Positions 33,386 to 43,378 of a DNA stretch of 64,000 bases are shown piece by piece. Position numbers and translations under genes: made by a program. Within the stretch, counting starts at the first letter, position 1. Every line of letters begins with the position of its first letter. The stretch is from Acidobacteriota bacterium (GTDB taxonomy: Bacteria; Acidobacteriota; UBA890; WLXD01): NCBI GenBank assembly GCA_963666055.2, contig CAXWPH010000015.1:2016001-2080000 (forward strand), written 5' to 3'. Under the pieces are notes generated by a model. The model saw only the letters and a list, made by a program, of their open reading frames with translations. It did not search any database and was not told the origin of the DNA.

Positions 33386-34489
33386 ATGTCCGCACGAAGA
33401 CTTCTCGTCACCGGAGGCGCCGGGTTCATCGGCGCCAATTTCGTGCATCGCTGGTGTGCCCGGCATCCCGACGATCGTGTCGTGGTGGTGGACGCGCTCA
33501 CCTACGCCGGCAATCGCGCCACCCTGAAGTCCCTCGACGACAACCCCGGCTTTCGCTTCGTCCAGGCTGACATCACCGAGCTGACGACGATGCGAGAGAT
33601 CCTGCGTCAGGAGTCGATCGATACTCTGGTGCATTTCGCTGCCGAATCGCATGTGGATCGATCGATCGAGGGTCCGGGAGAGTTCGTCCGCACAAACCTC
33701 GTCGGCACCTGGACGCTCCTGGAGGCGGCGCGGAGCGAGTGGATCAAAGCGCAGCCGCGCGCCCATCGGTTCCACCACGTATCTACCGACGAGGTGTACG
33801 GCAGCCTCGGCAGCGATGACCCGGCGTTCAGCGAGGCCAACCGGTACGAGCCCAACTCCCCCTATGCGGCTAGCAAGGCGGGCTCAGATCATTTGGTGCG
33901 AGCCTACTTCCATACGTACGGGCTCCAGGTCACCACCAGCAACTGCTCCAACAACTACGGTCCCTACCAGTTCCCCGAGAAGCTCATTCCGTTGATGATC
34001 GTCAACCTGCTAGCCGGCAAGGAGCTGCCGGTGTACGGCGACGGCATGAACGTGCGCGACTGGCTACACGTGGACGATCATTGTGCTGGCATCGAGTGCA
34101 TCCTCGAGCGCGGGCGGGTTGGGGAGACCTACAACATCGGCGGCGGCAACGAGTGGCGGAACATCGACCTCGTGCAGTTGGTTTGCCATTTGATGGACGA
34201 GGAGCTTGCGTCCGACGCGGCGCTAGCGCGACAGTTCCCCGATTGCGCGCCGGCGAGCGGCGGCAGCTGTGCGGACAGCATTCGTTTCGTGCGCGATCGC
34301 CCCGGGCACGATCGGCGCTACGCGATCGACGGCTCGAAGCTTGACCGAGAGCTTGCGTTCACGGCTTCTACGCTCTTCGAGGATGGGCTCCGCGCCACCC
34401 TTCGCTGGTACCTCGACAACGAGGAATGGTGGAGGGCGATCCTCGACGGTAGCTACCGTGAGTGGGTCGCCAAGCAATACCAGGAATGA
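33386..34489 (+). CDS. rfbB: dTDP-glucose 4,6-dehydratase
   Basis: VTGGAGFIG, DALTYAGN, HFAAESHVDRSI, HVSTDEVYG, YAASK, NCSNNYGPYQFPEKLIP, DRPGHDRRY. Confidence 0.97.
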   Translation: MSARRLLVTGGAGFIGANFVHRWCARHPDDRVVVVDALTYAGNRATLKSLDDNPGFRFVQADITELTTMREILRQESIDTLVHFAAESHVDRSIEGPGEFVRTNLVGTWTLLEAARSEWIKAQPRAHRFHHVSTDEVYGSLGSDDPAFSEANRYEPNSPYAASKAGSDHLVRAYFHTYGLQVTTSNCSNNYGPYQFPEKLIPLMIVNLLAGKELPVYGDGMNVRDWLHVDDHCAGIECILERGRVGETYNIGGGNEWRNIDLVQLVCHLMDEELASDAALARQFPDCAPASGGSCADSIRFVRDRPGHDRRYAIDGSKLDRELAFTASTLFEDGLRATLRWYLDNEEWWRAILDGSYREWVAKQYQE

Positions 34490-36198
34490 AACGCTGCCCG
34501 ACCGAGCTGCAAGCGCGCCAGTACGACGTTCTGATCGTCGGTGCCGGCATCACCGGCGCCTGTCTTGCGTTCGATGCAGCCCTGCGGGGGCTGACGGTCG
34601 CTCTTATCGACAAGGGCGACTTCGGTGCCGCTACCTCGGCGTCGTCGTCCAAGCTCCTTCACGGTGGCCTGCGCTACCTTCAGCAGCTGCGCTTCGACAA
34701 GGTGCGGGAGTCGGCACAGGAGCGAATCTACTTTCAGAACCTGGCGCCGCACTTGACGCACTACGTCCCCTTCGTCGTGCCGACATACCGCAGCGTCTCC
34801 AAGAGCAAGACGCTGCTGAACGCCGGGATGCTGCTGTATACGATCGTGTGCGCCGGCCAGCGCCGCCTGCTTCGTGATCCGGGCAAGCGTGTGCCGGCGG
34901 GTCGCGGGCTGCGGCCCGCGCAAGTCCTGGCGAGGATTCCGGGTCTCTCGCCTGCGGGTCTCACCGGCGGTCGCTTGTTTTACGAGAGCCACATGTGTAG
35001 CTCAGAGCGCATGACCCTGGCCTTCGTCGACAGCGCCTCCCGCGCCGGGGCCGTCGTGGTCAACTACATTGCCGCAGATCGCTTTCTGGTGGTCGGCGAC
35101 AGGGTTTGCGGCGTCGAGGCAACCGATCGCATGGGCAGCAGCTTCGGCGACGGCAGCGGCGATACGTTCGAGATTCGCGCCAGCGTAGTAGTGAACGCCG
35201 CCGGACCGTGGATCCGGCGGCTGAACGCTCAGCTCGAGAGCCGCTCGGTCACCGCGATACTGACCGGGATGTCGAAGGGCACTCACATCGTCACCCGACC
35301 GCTGACCGACGGTTGCGCGGTGGCGCTCCCGACGCGCCGACCGAGTCAGTCGGTAATCGATCGAGGTGGGCGCCACGTGTTCATTATCCCGTGGCGCGGA
35401 CACTCGCTCATCGGCACGACGTACGGGCCCTACCACGGCGACCTCGACGACCTGCAGCCCACCGTCGACGACGCCCAGGAGCTAATCGAAGAGATCAACT
35501 CGGCACTGGGGCGTGGCACGCTGTCGCTGTCCGACGTGCGATATGCGTTCGCGGGCTTGTACCCGTTGGTCGATGAACAGATCCGACCCGCCGTCTACCA
35601 GGGTACCGGCGAGTACCGCGTCGTCGACCACGAGGAGACCGACGGCGTCGCGGGGTTGTTCTCCGTTTTCGGCGCCAAGTACACCACTGCTCGGCTGCTG
35701 GCGGAGCGTGCCGTTGACCGCATTGTCGCCAGTCTGGGCAAAGGCGCTGCGTGCGGGCGAACGCGCCAGGTGAGCCTGGCGTCGGGAGACATTCCGGATC
35801 TGGCGCAGTTCCGCGAGCGTCAACGCAGGCGCCACGCGATGTTACCGGAGGCGACCGTAGATTACTTGGTGAACAGCTACGGCACCGCCTGTGGTGCGGT
35901 GGTGTCACTGGTTGAATCGGTCGCTGGGCTCGGCGAATCCCTCGCCGCGGGTGGCGACGCGATCGCCGCGGAGGCCGTCTGGGCGGCGCGTTCGGAGATG
36001 GCCTGCCACCTTGACGACTTCGTCTTTCGGCGTTCCGGTCTCGGTACGCTCGGTCATCCTGGCTCGGAGGCACTCGATCGGGCAGCATCGCTCATGGGTG
36101 CCGAGCTGGGATGGGACCCAGTGCGCCGATCGGCAGAGGTCGAGCATGTGGTGCGACAATTCCCCGACTATCGGGGTCTGGAACGCGGCGCTCAATGA
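34486..36198 (+). CDS. GlpD/GlpA-like FAD-dependent glycerol-3-phosphate dehydrogenase/oxidase family protein
   Basis: DVLIVGAGITG, DFGAATSASSSKLLHGGLRYL, VVNAAGPW, AGLYPL, GAKYTTAR. Confidence 0.9.
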   Translation: MKRCPTELQARQYDVLIVGAGITGACLAFDAALRGLTVALIDKGDFGAATSASSSKLLHGGLRYLQQLRFDKVRESAQERIYFQNLAPHLTHYVPFVVPTYRSVSKSKTLLNAGMLLYTIVCAGQRRLLRDPGKRVPAGRGLRPAQVLARIPGLSPAGLTGGRLFYESHMCSSERMTLAFVDSASRAGAVVVNYIAADRFLVVGDRVCGVEATDRMGSSFGDGSGDTFEIRASVVVNAAGPWIRRLNAQLESRSVTAILTGMSKGTHIVTRPLTDGCAVALPTRRPSQSVIDRGGRHVFIIPWRGHSLIGTTYGPYHGDLDDLQPTVDDAQELIEEINSALGRGTLSLSDVRYAFAGLYPLVDEQIRPAVYQGTGEYRVVDHEETDGVAGLFSVFGAKYTTARLLAERAVDRIVASLGKGAACGRTRQVSLASGDIPDLAQFRERQRRRHAMLPEATVDYLVNSYGTACGAVVSLVESVAGLGESLAAGGDAIAAEAVWAARSEMACHLDDFVFRRSGLGTLGHPGSEALDRAASLMGAELGWDPVRRSAEVEHVVRQFPDYRGLERGAQ

Positions 36199-37409
36199 GA
36201 TCCGCAGACGGCCACCCGACCACCCCCCGGATGCGCGTCCTGCACATCGGCCCGACGCCTTTCTTTTCCGACCGCGGCTGTCACATCCGTATCCACGGCC
36301 TGATCCGCGCGCTGCAGCGCAGCGGCCTGGAATGCTGGCTATGTACGTACCAGCACGGTCGCGACGTGGAGGGAATCGACACCGAGCGCATACCGCGAGT
36401 TCCCGGATACAACCACGTCGACGCGGGTCCGTCGCCGTTCAAGTACGTCGCCGATGTGATGCTGTTCTTCAAGGTGTGCGGTTCGATTGCGCGCCGTCGG
36501 CCCGACGTGCTGCACGGTCACCTCCACGAAGGCGCCTTGATCGGGTGGGCCGCCCGGACGGTGTTCTTCTGGCGCCGTCTGCCTTTGGTCTTCGATATGC
36601 AGGGCAGCCTGACGGGCGAGCTCGAGGCGTACGGTTATTTCAATCGCCTGCAGCTGCTGCGCTGGCTGTTCGAGCGCGCCGAATGGCTCATCGATCGGCT
36701 TCCGGAGCACATCGTCTGCTCTTCCCCGAGCAGCCTTGAGATCACCCGCGATCGCTTTGGCGTGCCCGCCGGGCGCCTGCATCTCGTTGCCGACGGGGTC
36801 GACGTGCAGGCGCCGTCCGCGGCGTCCGTGGATCGGTTGCGCGACGAGCTGGGGCTGCCCGCAGGGCTGCCGGTGATCGTCTACTCCGGATCCCTGCTGG
36901 CGGTGAAAGGAGTTGAGGCTCTGCACGCCGCAATCTTACGCTCCGCGGAGCGCGACCTGCCGGTGCATTTCCTCGTCGTCGGTTATCCGACGAGCGAGAC
37001 TGCGGCATTTCTTCGATCGCGGGGACTCGAGTCCCGCTGCACGATTACTGGGCGCGTTCCGTTCGACACCATCGGCAAATACCTGGCGCTCGCCAGTGCG
37101 GCGCTCGAGCCCAAGGAGAACGATAGCGGTGAAGCCAGCGGCAAGCTGCTCAACTACATGGCAGCCGGGCTGCCGGTGGCTTGTTTCGACACCCCCAACA
37201 ACCGGATCATTCTGGCAGATAGTGGCTGCTATGCTTCCTCGGGTTCAGTCGACCAGCTTGTCGACTGCATCGAAACCCTGACCACATCGCCCGAAGTCGC
37301 CAGCGAGCTGGGCGAGCGTGGTCGGGCGCGAGCGCGAGCCGAGTTCTCCTGGGACGCCTCCGCTGCAGCTCTGCAGCGCATCTACGGCGCCCAACGCATC
37401 GAGATCTGA
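36195..37409 (+). CDS. Family 4 glycosyltransferase
   Basis: PTPFFSDRGCHIRI, DVLHGHLHEG, KLLNYMAAGLPV, FSWD. Confidence 0.9.
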   Translation: MRSADGHPTTPRMRVLHIGPTPFFSDRGCHIRIHGLIRALQRSGLECWLCTYQHGRDVEGIDTERIPRVPGYNHVDAGPSPFKYVADVMLFFKVCGSIARRRPDVLHGHLHEGALIGWAARTVFFWRRLPLVFDMQGSLTGELEAYGYFNRLQLLRWLFERAEWLIDRLPEHIVCSSPSSLEITRDRFGVPAGRLHLVADGVDVQAPSAASVDRLRDELGLPAGLPVIVYSGSLLAVKGVEALHAAILRSAERDLPVHFLVVGYPTSETAAFLRSRGLESRCTITGRVPFDTIGKYLALASAALEPKENDSGEASGKLLNYMAAGLPVACFDTPNNRIILADSGCYASSGSVDQLVDCIETLTTSPEVASELGERGRARARAEFSWDASAAALQRIYGAQRIEI

Positions 37410-37414
37410 CGACG

Positions 37415-38398
37415 ATGAAAATCCTGGTCACCGGTGGCACCGGGTTCACCGGCAAGGCACTCGTCAAGCGGCTACTCGACGACGGTCACCAGGTGGTGGC
37501 GCTCGACTACAAAGAAGGCGTCAAGACGCAAGAGCTGCGCGACTGGGGTGCCGAGGTGGTGATCGGTAGCGTGACCGACGCAGAGGTAGTGGCGCGCTGC
37601 ACCGAAGGCGTCGACGTTGTCCACCATCTGGCGGCGGCCTTCCGCGAGCTCGACGTGCCGAACAGCTACTACGACGAGGTCAACGTCGGAGGCACGCGCA
37701 CCGTACTCGAGGCGTCGCTGCGGCACGGCGTCAAGAAGCTGATCTACTGCAGCACGTGCGGCGTACACGGCAACGTAGACCACCCTCCCGCCACCGAGGA
37801 CGCGCCGATCAACGCTGCCGACTACTACCAGCAGACTAAGTACGACGCTGAGCCCGTTGTGCTCGAGTATCCGTCGCGCGGGCTGCCGACCGTCGTCTTG
37901 CGACCGGCGGCGATCTACGGCCCGGGCGACCCGGAACGCTTCTTCATGATCTTCCGCCGGGTCAGCAACGGCTCCTTTCCGATGTTCGGCGGCGGCCGCA
38001 CCCTCTACCATCCGTTGTACATAGACAGCCTGGTCGACGCCTTGGTGTTGGCAGAGGAGCCGGGTAGGGGCGATGGTGAGGCCTACCTGATCGCCGACGC
38101 AGAGTACGTATCGATCGAGGATCTCGTACGTGCGGTGGGTGAGGCCATGGACGTCGATGTGAAGATTCGCCACTTCCCGGTCTGGCCGCTGGTGATCGCC
38201 GGCCACGTTTTCGAGAAGGTCTGCAAGCCGCTCCGCATCGCCCCGCCGATCTTCCCCCGGCGCGTCGACTGGTACCGCCAGAATCGTGCCTTCGATATCT
38301 CCAAGGCGCGCCGCGATCTCGGTTACGCTCCGAGTGTAGGTCTCGATGAGGGCTTGCGCCGAACCGCCGACTGGTACCGGGACGAGGGATATCTCTAG
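37415..38398 (+). CDS. NAD-dependent epimerase/dehydratase (extended SDR)
   Basis: MKILVTGGTGFTG, HLAA, CSTCGVHG, YQQTK, LRPAAIYGPGD. Confidence 0.93.
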   Translation: MKILVTGGTGFTGKALVKRLLDDGHQVVALDYKEGVKTQELRDWGAEVVIGSVTDAEVVARCTEGVDVVHHLAAAFRELDVPNSYYDEVNVGGTRTVLEASLRHGVKKLIYCSTCGVHGNVDHPPATEDAPINAADYYQQTKYDAEPVVLEYPSRGLPTVVLRPAAIYGPGDPERFFMIFRRVSNGSFPMFGGGRTLYHPLYIDSLVDALVLAEEPGRGDGEAYLIADAEYVSIEDLVRAVGEAMDVDVKIRHFPVWPLVIAGHVFEKVCKPLRIAPPIFPRRVDWYRQNRAFDISKARRDLGYAPSVGLDEGLRRTADWYRDEGYL

Positions 38399-38757
38399 CA
38401 GGCCGTGGCGAAAGTGTGGTGGGTCTGGCGACAGGGTGTTGCGAAGTGGAGGCAAGGAGAAGAGGAGGAGGCGATGGTTGCCCCATCGTTGACGAGGAAC
38501 GACGCAGCATACGCGCGCAACCCCCTGTCGCCCGAAGGGTTACGGTGATTTGGGGCCATCTGCAGCGTTGGCCTTCCTCGACGATGGCCGGGGCATCGCC
38601 CGTGTCAGGCCGCCTTCCATCTGGCCCCAACTCGCCGCAACCAGGCCCGCCACACTTCCACCACGGCCTGCTAGGGCATCGCCTGTGTCAGGCTGCCTTG
38701 CATCTGGCCCCAACTCGCCGTAACCAGACCCACCACACTTTCACCACGGCCTGCTAG
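38395..38757. mobile_element. Non-coding MITE-like element with 34-bp terminal inverted repeats, CTAG ends and an 83-bp tandem duplication of the right end
   Basis: 38395-38428 vs reverse complement of 38724-38757 match 33/34; direct repeats 38591-38674 and 38674-38757; internal hairpins. Confidence 0.88.
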
Positions 38758-38761
38758 CGCG

Positions 38762-40714
38762 ATGTGCGGCATCACCGGCATCCTGACCCGCGATCACCAC
38801 GATGTGGTGGGACCGATGACAGAGGCGCTGTCGCATCGAGGGCCCGACGGTGACGGCTTCTTCCGCGACGCATCGATGGCGTTGGGCCACCGGCGCCTGA
38901 GCATCATCGATGTCGCCGGCGGTGCGCAGCCGATCGCCAACGAGGACGACAGCATCCAAATGGTGTCCAACGGCGAGATCTACAACTCGCCGGCGCTGCG
39001 ACAGCAACTCGAGGCTGCGGGGCATGTATTCCGCACCCGTACGGACGTGGAGACCATCCTCCACCTGTATGAAGACCATGGTCCCGACTGCGTCAAGCAT
39101 CTGCGCGGTCAGTTCGCGTTCGCGATCTGGGATAGCCCCCGACGCCGGCTCGTGCTGGCCCGCGACCACATGGGCCAGAAGCCGCTTTTCTTTGCTCAGG
39201 TCGACGGCCAGCTGTTGTTTGCCAGCGAGATCAAGGCGTTGCTCGCCTCGGGACTGGTCGATCGGCGACCGGATCTGAACGCGCTCTGGCACTATACGTC
39301 GCTGCGTTTCATCCCTGACCGGTACTCGCTCTTCGAGGGCATCCAGAAACTGCCCGCAGCGTCGCGGTTGATCTGGCAAGACGGCAAGGTCGAGATCGAC
39401 CGGTACTGGAGCTTCGACTTCAACGACAAGCTCGAAGCGAGCGAGTCGGAAGTGGCCGACCGCCTCGAGGCGCTGCTGCTCGAGACCGTTCAGATGCACA
39501 TGCTCAGCGACGTGCCGGTCGGCGCGTTCCTGAGCGGTGGGATCGACTCGAGCCTGATCGCGGCGATGATGTCGCGGGTGGGGAATGCCCCCATTCCTAC
39601 CTTCTCCATCGGCGTGCAGGAGCAGGACTACAACGAGCTGCCGTACGCGCGCATGGTGAACGAGCAGTACGGGCTCGCCGCCAACGAGCGCATCGTCAAA
39701 GCCGATCTGATCCACTTGATGCCGAAGATGGTCTACCACCTCGATGAGCCGTCCGATCCCTTCGGCGTTGGCGTCTACCTCGTTTCCGAGGTGGCAGCCG
39801 AGCAGGTAAAGGTGGTGCTCTCGGGTGACGGCGGCGACGAGAACTTCGCCGGCTACGATCGCTTCGCTGGCCAGCGCTTGGTCGACCTCTACTGCCTGCT
39901 GCCGGACTTCCTGCGCCGCCAGGTCATGCGGCGCCTCGTCCGACTTGTCCCCGAGTCGTTCGGCTACAAGAGCCTGGCGCAGAAGTTGATGTGGGTAAAT
40001 GAGATGTCCTTCTACAAAAGCGGCGCGCGTTACGCGCATGCGATGAGCTTCCTGCGCTTTACGCGGGAAGCCAAGGAGCAGCTGTTTACCGCCGAAGCTC
40101 GCGCCCAGATCGACGACGACGACTCAGTAGCGAAGATCCTGCGGTGGTTCGACGCCGAAGGCGTGGATGATCTTGTCGATCGCATGCTCTACACCGACCT
40201 CAACACGCGCATGCCCGACCACCTGCTACCGATCGTCGATCGGATGTCGATGGCGCACTCGCTGGAGGCGCGTCCGCCGCTGATTGACTACAAGGTGGTC
40301 GAGTTTGCCGCATCGATCCCCGGCGCCATGAAGCTCCAGGGTCGCAACCTCAAGCACATCCTGAAGGTAGTGGCGGCGCGCTACCTGCCGCGCGAGCTCA
40401 TCGACCGTCAGAAACAGGGCTTCGGTTTTCCGCTCGGCCGCTGGATGCGCACCGACTTGCAGCCATTCATACGCAACCTGTTCGCCGAATCACGCTTCAT
40501 CGATCAAGGTATCTTCGACGCCGGCCACGTGCACGGAATCATCGACGAGCACATGGCCGGCGGCGCCAACCACGACTACCGGCTGTGGATCCTGATCAAT
40601 CTCGAGTTCTGGCATCGGCTCTACTTCGAGAACGAGAGCGTCGATTCACTGCTCGAGCTCACCGACCGCTTGTCGGGCACGGCGCCCCATGGCTTCGCCA
40701 GGGCGACGGCATAG
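38762..40714 (+). CDS. asnB: Asparagine synthase (glutamine-hydrolysing) family amidotransferase
   Basis: MCGI, HRGPDG, LGHRRLSIID, NGEIYN, LSGGIDSS, SGDGGDE, DRMSMAHSLEAR, KQGF. Confidence 0.93.
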   Translation: MCGITGILTRDHHDVVGPMTEALSHRGPDGDGFFRDASMALGHRRLSIIDVAGGAQPIANEDDSIQMVSNGEIYNSPALRQQLEAAGHVFRTRTDVETILHLYEDHGPDCVKHLRGQFAFAIWDSPRRRLVLARDHMGQKPLFFAQVDGQLLFASEIKALLASGLVDRRPDLNALWHYTSLRFIPDRYSLFEGIQKLPAASRLIWQDGKVEIDRYWSFDFNDKLEASESEVADRLEALLLETVQMHMLSDVPVGAFLSGGIDSSLIAAMMSRVGNAPIPTFSIGVQEQDYNELPYARMVNEQYGLAANERIVKADLIHLMPKMVYHLDEPSDPFGVGVYLVSEVAAEQVKVVLSGDGGDENFAGYDRFAGQRLVDLYCLLPDFLRRQVMRRLVRLVPESFGYKSLAQKLMWVNEMSFYKSGARYAHAMSFLRFTREAKEQLFTAEARAQIDDDDSVAKILRWFDAEGVDDLVDRMLYTDLNTRMPDHLLPIVDRMSMAHSLEARPPLIDYKVVEFAASIPGAMKLQGRNLKHILKVVAARYLPRELIDRQKQGFGFPLGRWMRTDLQPFIRNLFAESRFIDQGIFDAGHVHGIIDEHMAGGANHDYRLWILINLEFWHRLYFENESVDSLLELTDRLSGTAPHGFARATA

Positions 40715-40787
40715 GGATTTGCGGGGAGTAAGCGGAGCGCTTCTCCGCGTGACCCCCAGCGACAGGGTCCGTTAGGGTGTTAGACAC

Positions 40788-41582
40788 ATGGCCAAACAGA
40801 CGAAGACGCAGACGACCATCACGGAGGGCGGGTCGGCGTTGCAGCGCTACCGTCGCGTGATCGTCGGGCAGCCCGGCTGGGGCGGGCTCGTCTATTTCGA
40901 GATCTGTGCCTGGCTAGCGATCATTCCGGGCGCGCTGGGGCTGTTCCTGCGCAAGAGCCTGTGGCCGGGGCTGCTCGGCAACTGCGGCAAGGGGGTGGTG
41001 TTCGGGGCCAACGTGATTCTGCGCCATCCGCACCGCATCCATCTGGGCAACCGGGTGGTGGTGAGCGATGGCTGTATTCTCGACGCTCGCAACGAGGATG
41101 CCGCCAAGGCGATCGACATCAGCGACGACGTGATCCTGGCCAACAACGTGACGCTCTCGTGCAAAGGAGGGACCGTGCGGATCGGTGCGGGCTCCGGGAT
41201 TGGCACCCAGACCGTCATCCACGCGGTCAACGGCTGCCGCGTCGAGCTCGGAGCCGATCAGATCATCGGGCCGGGTTGTTACATCGCCGGGGGCGGTAAC
41301 TACGATATCGATCGCCTCGATCTATCGATGGCCCAACAGGGACTGCGCGAGTCGGAAGAGGGGGTGATCCTCGAGGGCGACAACTGGCTCGGGGCGAAGG
41401 TCTCGATTCTTCCGGGAGTGACCATGGGCCGCGGTAGCGTCGCTGCGGCGGGCGCCGTGGTGACGACCTCGGTGCCGCCGATGGCGGTTTGCGGCGGGGT
41501 GCCCGCCAGAGTCATTCGCACTCGCGGAGGCGCCGCCGATGCCAAGCGGCCCCCGGTTAGCTCGGCTGACGCGAGCGAGTGA
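40788..41582 (+). CDS. Hexapeptide-repeat (LbH) acyltransferase
   Basis: Repeated hexapeptides; WLGAKVSILPGVTMGRGSVAAAGAVVT...GGVPARVI. Confidence 0.9.
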   Translation: MAKQTKTQTTITEGGSALQRYRRVIVGQPGWGGLVYFEICAWLAIIPGALGLFLRKSLWPGLLGNCGKGVVFGANVILRHPHRIHLGNRVVVSDGCILDARNEDAAKAIDISDDVILANNVTLSCKGGTVRIGAGSGIGTQTVIHAVNGCRVELGADQIIGPGCYIAGGGNYDIDRLDLSMAQQGLRESEEGVILEGDNWLGAKVSILPGVTMGRGSVAAAGAVVTTSVPPMAVCGGVPARVIRTRGGAADAKRPPVSSADASE

Positions 41583-42541
41583 GGAAACGCCGATCGGGGC
41601 TGGCTCGCTTCGTCGTCTCGATCGTTATCGCGGTCGTGCTGGTCTGGTGGCTGCTGGGCGATCTGGGTATCGGGGCGGTTATCGAGACGATTCGCGGCGC
41701 CTGGTTGCCGGGGCTGGCCCTGGGGGTGGCGGTCTTCTGGCTGATGATCGCCTTTCGGGTCATGCGCTATCGCGCCCTGCTGCAGGAACGCGTGCCGCTC
41801 GGGGCGCTGACGTTGATCACGGTAGTCCGCGGCATGGTCGCCGACCTTCTGCCGGCGCGCATCGGCACGCTGGTCTACGTCTGGCTGGTTACGACGCGCG
41901 CCCGCGTACCGCTGCCCGATGCGCTCAGCTCGTTCTTTCTGGCGCTGGTGCTCGATATGGTGGTCATCGCACCGATGCTGCTGCTGGCGCTGGCGGTGGT
42001 CGGCTTCGGCGTCGAAGCCGGTGGCACGTTGGCGGGGCTCGCCGGGATTCTTCTCGCCGTCTCGGTGGTATCGCTGGCGCTTCTGGCGCCTGGGCTACGC
42101 CTGGCCGGTCGAATCCTCCGAGCGCCGATCCTCACCGAGACCGCGGCCCAGGTTGTCCACGTCCACCGTCGCGGTGACCTGATACCGGCTGTCCTACTGT
42201 CCTGTGGTGTCCGCGTTACCAAGTTCGGCGCCCACTACCTGATTCTGCAATCGGTGCTCGTGCCCTTGGGCATTCCGTGGGGCTCGCTGGGCTTTTTCGA
42301 GTCGTTCCTGGGCGTCGCCGGCGCCGAGCTCTCGGCAATGCTTCCGGTCAGCGGCCTGGGTGCGTTCGGGACCTGGGAGGCCGCCTTCGCCCTCGGCTTC
42401 ACGCAGCTAGGCCTGACGCGAGATCAGGCGGTGCTCGCCGGGTTCGCCACCCACGTGCTCACGCAGCTACACGACTATGGTTTGGGTGCGTTGTCCCTGC
42501 TCGCGCTGATGCGACCCCGGCGAGGCTCGCCGACGGTGTGA
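41579..42541 (+). CDS. Lysylphosphatidylglycerol-synthase TM domain (UPF0104) flippase-like membrane protein
   Basis: Multi-TM; LLPARIG, LPVSGLGAFGTWEAAF. Confidence 0.82.
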   Translation: MRKRRSGLARFVVSIVIAVVLVWWLLGDLGIGAVIETIRGAWLPGLALGVAVFWLMIAFRVMRYRALLQERVPLGALTLITVVRGMVADLLPARIGTLVYVWLVTTRARVPLPDALSSFFLALVLDMVVIAPMLLLALAVVGFGVEAGGTLAGLAGILLAVSVVSLALLAPGLRLAGRILRAPILTETAAQVVHVHRRGDLIPAVLLSCGVRVTKFGAHYLILQSVLVPLGIPWGSLGFFESFLGVAGAELSAMLPVSGLGAFGTWEAAFALGFTQLGLTRDQAVLAGFATHVLTQLHDYGLGALSLLALMRPRRGSPTV

Positions 42542-42603
42542 TGACATGCGGACGCGGAGTGAATGCTCGCAGCGGGCCCGCTCGGAACCTGATGCGGGCG
42601 AGC

Positions 42604-43284
42604 TCAGCCGTCGTCCAACCGGGCGAGGAAAACATCCGCTTCGGGCAGGTGTTCGACTGCCCACCAGGGCTCGTGTTGGGCTAGCTCGTCGGCGCTGAAC
42701 GGGCCTGTTCCTACCGCTATGGTTCGTGCTTCGATCGCCTTGCCGCAATCAACGTCGTGGTGTGTATCACCGATTACGTAGAGCGCTTCGATGGTGTCGC
42801 CGTGTCGTGCCTCGGCCTGCCGTCGCGCGTGTCGAGCGATGTCGCGTCGCTTGATGCCGTGGTCAGCGAACGCACCCCACTCGAAGTACTCCAGGATCCC
42901 GTGGTGCCCCAGCTTCAACCGGGCACCAGCCTCGATGTTGCCGGTCAGGAGGGCGTTCTCGACGTCGACGCGCTCGGCGACAGCTTCCAGGATGGCGCGC
43001 ACGTTGGGGTGGATGAAGCCGTTCGTACGGCGTTCCAACCAGTCCGGCAACAGCTCGACGTAGCGGTCGAGCAACGAAGCGGCGAGCTCGTCGGAGTACT
43101 CACGGCAAAGCACGTCGGTAATGGCGTCTTTCGCTATCCCGCCGTCGGTCATGCCGGCCGGGCTCATGCTGCTCACGTCTACCGGGCTACCGTACTCCTC
43201 GCCAAGCGACTGCACCCAGGCGTACATACCGGCGCGGTCGGTGTTCAACAGCGTTCCGTCGATGTCCCACAGGAGGATCTTCAT
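42604..43284 (-). CDS. HAD-superfamily hydrolase
   Basis: WDIDGTLL, LLTGN, VIGDTHHDV. Confidence 0.9.
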   Translation of the reverse strand: MKILLWDIDGTLLNTDRAGMYAWVQSLGEEYGSPVDVSSMSPAGMTDGGIAKDAITDVLCREYSDELAASLLDRYVELLPDWLERRTNGFIHPNVRAILEAVAERVDVENALLTGNIEAGARLKLGHHGILEYFEWGAFADHGIKRRDIARHARRQAEARHGDTIEALYVIGDTHHDVDCGKAIEARTIAVGTGPFSADELAQHEPWWAVEHLPEADVFLARLDDG

Positions 43285-43378
43285 CAGCTAACTCAGAGGG
43301 GAGCTACCGCTCGTGTGTTCCGAGGGTTCAGACGCACCCACCCAGGCCGCGTCGCCACCCGCCTGCCAGACGCAGCGC

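Noticed and set aside
38591-38757. Possible mini CRISPR array
   Set aside because: Two adjacent 83-bp units without unique spacers; part of a TIR-bounded element
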